Origin: a bacterium
GTDB lineage: Bacteria > Elusimicrobiota > Elusimicrobia > Elusimicrobiales > UBA9959
NCBI GenBank assembly: GCA_021847485.1
Contig: JAJZRA010000004.1
Span: 463-64,462 of the forward strand
Direction: 5' to 3'
DNA length: 64,000 nt
A program made the position numbers and the translations under genes. Every line of letters begins with the position of its first letter. Positions within the stretch are counted from its first letter, which is position 1. A model generated the notes under the pieces. It did no database searches, was not told the DNA's origin, and saw nothing but the letters and a program-made list of their open reading frames with translations. Shown piece by piece: positions 59,985-64,000 of the stretch.

Positions 59985-60812
59985 TTAGGGGTCGGGAGCG
60001 GCGAAGCCGCAGGAGGCGCAGTAGCGGGGCATCGGGGCTACCCCGGCTATGCTGCGGCGCAGATCCCGCGCCGAGCGCGACCCCAGGATGTCGGCCAGCG
60101 GCGCTTCCTTTATATTGCCCAGCGCCATCGCGCCGTCGTAATCCGCGCAGCAGGGCACCACGCGGCCGTCGCTGAGGATGCCGAAATGATGTTTCAGCCC
60201 GAGGCAGCCGGCCCTGGGCCTGCCGCCGGCCCCGCCGGGCCAGTCGAAGATCCCGCCGAAGTTGAGGTAGACGCCGTCCGCCAGCTTCACGTAGTCCGCC
60301 CCGGGGGCCGCGGCCGCGTCGAACCCGGCCAGCAGGGTTTTCAGCGCGGTCCTGAAAAAAGCGTCCTCGTTCTCCGAGCGCAGCCTGAAGCCTACGGTCA
60401 GGCCTGGGCGGCGGGTCCTGGCGAAGGCGGTCATGCCGGCTATCCGCGCGGCCCGTTCCGTTTCAGGCAGGGCGGAGAGAGCGTGCAGCGATATGGAGAC
60501 CTGCGCCAGGCAGGGTTCCGCGAGGACCTCCGGGGGGAAGTCGCCGAGCCGCAGCCCGTTGGTGACCAGGTTGACCTTCAGGGCCAGCCGCGAGCAGATC
60601 CCAAGCAGCTCGGGTAAACGCGGGTGCAGCAGCGGTTCCCCGAGCACGTGCAGCGAGAGCATCTCGGCCAGCCCGCCGGCCTGGCGCGCCGCGCTCTCGA
60701 AGAGCGCCGCGGACATATCCTCCGCCGGGCGGCGGGTAGGCGCGCAGAAGGCGCAGTCCAGGCCGCAACGGTTCGTGATCTCTATGAAGGCCCGCCTGTA
60801 AGGTTTATCCAC
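59985..60812 (-). CDS. Radical SAM protein with SPASM/twitch domain
   Basis: EITNRCGLDCAFC, GEPLLHP, TNG, C..GILSDGRVVPCCAD..LGNI..CASC. Confidence 0.9.
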   Translation of the reverse strand: MDKPYRRAFIEITNRCGLDCAFCAPTRRPAEDMSAALFESAARQAGGLAEMLSLHVLGEPLLHPRLPELLGICSRLALKVNLVTNGLRLGDFPPEVLAEPCLAQVSISLHALSALPETERAARIAGMTAFARTRRPGLTVGFRLRSENEDAFFRTALKTLLAGFDAAAAPGADYVKLADGVYLNFGGIFDWPGGAGGRPRAGCLGLKHHFGILSDGRVVPCCADYDGAMALGNIKEAPLADILGSRSARDLRRSIAGVAPMPRYCASCGFAAPDP

Positions 60813-60819
60813 GGTGCGA

Positions 60820-61101
60820 TTATACCAATTGCAGGTTCAGGGCCGCCGTTATCTCCATCAGGTCGGTCTCGTTCAGCGGGCGCTCCGCGTCGGCCAGCCA
60901 TTCCGCCCTGGCCCGCGGCCGCCACGAGCCTTCCCGGACTATGCGCCCCACCAGTTCGCCGCGGTTGCGCAGCTCGAAGAAGGTCTTGAGCCCGCTCAGC
61001 CCGCCGCCCCAGTTGGGCCGCCGGTAGATGAACACCGTCTCCCCGTCCCCGCGCGCGGCCACGTAGCCGCCGCAGATCCACCCTTTTATCTCCCACCCCA
61101 T
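60820..61101 (-). CDS. Small hypothetical protein (93 aa)
   Basis: AAGGGGGA RBS, 21 nt after upstream small ORF, GC-rich third positions. Confidence 0.6.
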   Translation of the reverse strand: MGWEIKGWICGGYVAARGDGETVFIYRRPNWGGGLSGLKTFFELRNRGELVGRIVREGSWRPRARAEWLADAERPLNETDLMEITAALNLQLV

Positions 61102-61122
61102 AAGTCCCCCTTTTCCCCGGGT

Positions 61123-61314
61123 CTACGCCGTCTTCGGCGCCAGGCGCGCCAGCCGCTCCTGCCTTACGGCGGCCGCGTGCCAGAGCCTAAGCGAGAAGTA
61201 GGTGTCGCTCCGTCCTGCGCGCCGCAGCGTGTAGACGCGCAGCCCCGCCCCGGCCCTGCCGCCGGGCAGGGCGGCCTTCCAGCTTATCCACGAGTGCCTG
61301 TTCTTGTCGTTCAT
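61123..61314 (-). CDS. Small basic hypothetical protein (63 aa), probably leaderless
   Basis: ATG 6 nt after TATGCT -10; alternative ATG at 61320. Confidence 0.45.
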   Translation of the reverse strand: MNDKNRHSWISWKAALPGGRAGAGLRVYTLRRAGRSDTYFSLRLWHAAAVRQERLARLAPKTA

Positions 61315-61320
61315 GCCCAT

Positions 61321-61360
61321 AGCATAACAGACGAACCCGACAGCGTAGTGTCGGGTTCGT
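61321..61360 (-). promoter_or_regulatory. Candidate WYL-regulator operator/promoter
   Basis: 12-bp palindrome acgaacccgaca-N6-tgtcgggttcgt; minus strand reads TGTCGG-N10-TATGCT. Confidence 0.6.
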
Positions 61361-61389
61361 TATGTTGGCTTCCGGCTTAAGGGGGGCTC

Positions 61390-61932
61390 TCAGCGCATTA
61401 TCTCGATGCGGCCTATGGAGGGTTGCGGGACCAGCGCCTTGGAGATGGCGCTAACGCCCTCGCCCACGTAGAGGGCCGCCACCAGCACCACCGCCGACAG
61501 CACTATGCCCACCGCGAGGTTGCCTTTCTGCAGTTCGACGCCGGGGCGCATATGGCTGCGCACCAGCCGGCCGAACAGGCGCAGCGTGACGGAGATGGTT
61601 ATGACGGCGAGCGCCAGGTCCAGGCCCAGGTGGGCGACGGAGAGCAGCGCGAGCTTGCCTAGCCCCAGCGTCATCTCGCCCGGCGCCGAGACGTGCATGC
61701 GGAACATGCCGACCACGGCGGAGAGGCCTTTCTGCAGGATCATAGAGGCCGCGAAGAGGATGGCGCCCACCAGCGTGCCCACGGCGACGTTGCCCTTCTT
61801 GATCTCTTCCTCCATGTTGAAGTCCGGGTTGGCCTTGATGAAGACCCGGTAGGTCAGGTAGATGATGAGGCCGCTCATCACCACCGACAGCAGGAACTCG
61901 AATATGCTTACTATGACCCTTGTGTTGAACAT
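61390..61932 (-). CDS. DUF350 domain membrane protein (two repeats)
   Basis: EEIKKGNVAVG and ELQKGNLAVG repeats, 4 TM. Confidence 0.8.
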   Translation of the reverse strand: MFNTRVIVSIFEFLLSVVMSGLIIYLTYRVFIKANPDFNMEEEIKKGNVAVGTLVGAILFAASMILQKGLSAVVGMFRMHVSAPGEMTLGLGKLALLSVAHLGLDLALAVITISVTLRLFGRLVRSHMRPGVELQKGNLAVGIVLSAVVLVAALYVGEGVSAISKALVPQPSIGRIEIMR

Positions 61933-61948
61933 GCTCCCTCCTATATCT

Positions 61949-62989
61949 TCAGAAGAACGGCTCCACCCGGTAGCCCTCGGCTCCGGCCAGCAGGTCGGTC
62001 GTGGCGGCGCCGACGGTCCCGGGCTCCAGCCAGGCCGGCCCGGCCGGTTCCACCAGGACGTACTCCAGCCCTTCGTAGCGCACGAAAACGTCGCCTTTGC
62101 CCGGCAGGCGCCGGATGGCCATCAGGTAGTGGCCGGGCACGGCTATGCCCACCATGCGCAGGCCTTTCCAGTTCCCCAGTACCGAGGCCAGCAGCGCGCT
62201 CTTGGTGTCGCAGTCGCCCCAGCCCGACAGCAGCGTCCGGGCCGGCGGCAGCAGGCCGCCGGTATGCAGGCCGCCTTCCCGGGACGGGGGGACCTTGTAG
62301 CGGACCGCGGTCTGCACCAGCGAGAGGGCCGCGCCCACCAGGTCCTCCTCGGACCAGGAGCGCTCGGACGAGGTCCTGTCCAGGGCGGCGGCCAGCGGGC
62401 GCATCAGGTCCACGTTGCGCTTGACTATCAGCGGGACGTCGCATTCCACGATGTTCCCCGCGCGCATGGCCATGCCGCGCGAGCGCAGCAGGCCGCGCAG
62501 GCGGGTATCGTACTCGGTGTCCACGCCGGCTATGGCGCGCTCGGCGGCCGGCTTGCCGCCGGCGGCCCAGCCTTTCTGCCAGGCCGCCTGCCTGGCGCTT
62601 TCGCGCCAGCTTTTCAGGGCGGCCAGGTCCGCGTCGGTGTAGCCGTAGCCGGCCAGGTATCGGCGGTAGTCCGGCGCCTTCATCGAGAAGGAGACGGTGA
62701 CGCGGTCCTTGTTGAAGTTGACGAAGCGGTATTCGGCGTTGAGGCTGTTGCCCTGCCGCCAGGTGCGCTGGGCGGTGCCGGCCTCGGTGCGGGTCTCGCG
62801 GCTGGTGTATTCCTCTTCCTCGGCCTCTTCTTCCGCGTCCTCCTCCCCGTCGGAAGCCTGCGCGCGCAGCAGCACGCCGCCGCCGGGCGGGGGCGCCAGC
62901 AGGGCCTCCCAGCGCGCGGCCAGCCGCGCGGCCGTCAGCGAGCAGACGGCCAGGGCGAGGAAGCAGAGCGTGAGGCGGGGTCCTTTCAT
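61949..62989 (-). CDS. Secreted transglutaminase-like cysteine-protease-fold protein
   Basis: Signal/TM, acidic linker, GDCDTKS, PGHYL, VEP triad. Confidence 0.7.
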   Translation of the reverse strand: MKGPRLTLCFLALAVCSLTAARLAARWEALLAPPPGGGVLLRAQASDGEEDAEEEAEEEEYTSRETRTEAGTAQRTWRQGNSLNAEYRFVNFNKDRVTVSFSMKAPDYRRYLAGYGYTDADLAALKSWRESARQAAWQKGWAAGGKPAAERAIAGVDTEYDTRLRGLLRSRGMAMRAGNIVECDVPLIVKRNVDLMRPLAAALDRTSSERSWSEEDLVGAALSLVQTAVRYKVPPSREGGLHTGGLLPPARTLLSGWGDCDTKSALLASVLGNWKGLRMVGIAVPGHYLMAIRRLPGKGDVFVRYEGLEYVLVEPAGPAWLEPGTVGAATTDLLAGAEGYRVEPFF

Positions 62990-63005
62990 TTCAGGCGCGT
63001 CGGAG

Positions 63006-63956
63006 TCAGCCGGTCTTGAGGTAGGCCTTTATGCGGACCGAGACCTCTTCGGAGATGGAGGAGGGGGACATTACCTTGATCTCGGGCATCCAGTGCAGCA
63101 CGAGCGGCACCACCTCCATCGGGTGGTGGATGACTGCCTTCACCGTCACCGAACCGTCGGCGGCGGGCCTGGAGACCTTCTGCCTGGGCAGCAGTTCCTT
63201 GCTCCGCAGGAAATCCGCGGCGGCTCCGCTGGCGCGCAGCTCCACCTTCACCGGCGCGCCGGCGTTGACGCCCCAGATGGTGGTGGCCGGGCCGATGAGC
63301 TTCTTTACCGCCTCCGGGGAGGGGGGAGTGAACTCCTCGGGGAGGATCTCCAGCTTCTTTACGCGGTCCACGCGGTACTTGGCGAACTTTTCCGGGTCGC
63401 CGCCGTCTGCGGAGGCCATCATGTAGAAGAAGCTCTCGCTGGTCAGGATCTTCACGGGACGCAGCACGCGCTCCCTTAGGGCGCCGTCGGCGCCGGCGTA
63501 GCTGACCTTGAGCTTCTTGCGGTGCTCGATGGCGAAGGCGATGTCCTCGTAGAACCGGCGCGTCAGCGGGTTGAGGGCGCGCGGCCCGAGCGCGTAGAAG
63601 TGGGAGTCCCCGGCGCCGGCCGAAGTGGCGCGCGCGAAGACCGCGTCGAAGGCGTCCTTGATGGCGCCGCCCAGGCCGGCGGCCATCTCGCGCATCAGCA
63701 CCAGCACGGAGAGCTGCTCGCTCGTCAGGTCGAAATTGGTCAGCGACACTCCGGCGGCGAAGGTGTAGACGCCCTTCTGCGGGGTGTCGAGGCGGAAGCC
63801 GGTCATGTTGATGCGCTCGAGGTCGCGCTGGATGGACCGCTCGGAAACGCCGAACTCCTCCGAGAGCTCGGCCACCCGGACCGGGCCTTCGTTGAGGCGG
63901 TTCAGGATATTGAGCACCCTGTAGTATTTTTTGTCGCCGGCGTCCTTCTTGGTCAT
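63006..63956 (-). CDS. WYL-domain transcriptional regulator (HTH-WYL-WCX)
   Basis: ELSEEFGVSERSIQRDL HTH; KVSY..ERVLRP..FY..KYRVDRV WYL; EIKVMSP WCX; GGAGG RBS. Confidence 0.92.
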   Translation of the reverse strand: MTKKDAGDKKYYRVLNILNRLNEGPVRVAELSEEFGVSERSIQRDLERINMTGFRLDTPQKGVYTFAAGVSLTNFDLTSEQLSVLVLMREMAAGLGGAIKDAFDAVFARATSAGAGDSHFYALGPRALNPLTRRFYEDIAFAIEHRKKLKVSYAGADGALRERVLRPVKILTSESFFYMMASADGGDPEKFAKYRVDRVKKLEILPEEFTPPSPEAVKKLIGPATTIWGVNAGAPVKVELRASGAAADFLRSKELLPRQKVSRPAADGSVTVKAVIHHPMEVVPLVLHWMPEIKVMSPSSISEEVSVRIKAYLKTG

Positions 63957-64000
63957 AGCCTTCCTCCCCCCATGTTCCTATTATATGAAAGAACGGGCGG

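Noticed and set aside
59985-61314. Radical SAM/SPASM plus small upstream ORFs as a RiPP cluster
   Set aside because: The small ORFs lack obvious leader/core or Cys-rich motifs, the radical SAM gene has its own leaderless promoter, and no peptidase or transporter is adjacent; not fully excluded

Overview
High-GC bacterial chromosomal segment, densely coding, about 55 genes. I found no rRNA, tRNA, CRISPR array, transposase or prophage gene. The gene mix (PorV-like protein beside a cargo with a T9SS-like C-terminal domain, receptor-type TPR Ser/Thr kinase, NTT-like transporter, buk/ptb, Methanosarcina-type serC) suggests Elusimicrobiota; this is an inference only. Housekeeping genes include prolyl oligopeptidase, M29 aminopeptidase, buk-ptb, tdh, serC-serA-DUF1015, gdhA, pfk, rlmB, mltA and uvsE. 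Most notable: (1) a coupled GNAT / LuxE / LuxC-PaaK-fusion operon with no luxAB or luxD in the window; (2) a WYL-regulator locus with a palindromic CCGACA-N6-TGTCGG site forming a PafBC-type TGTCGG-N10-TAnnnT promoter in front of two tiny unknown ORFs; (3) a free-standing ~84-nt candidate sRNA with a near-consensus sigma70 promoter and its own terminator; (4) two REPIN/MITE-like long inverted repeats; (5) a GGGCCC motif 30-32 nt upstream of the -10 box in five promoters, and many apparently leaderless genes. All calls come from motif recognition by eye; no searches were run.
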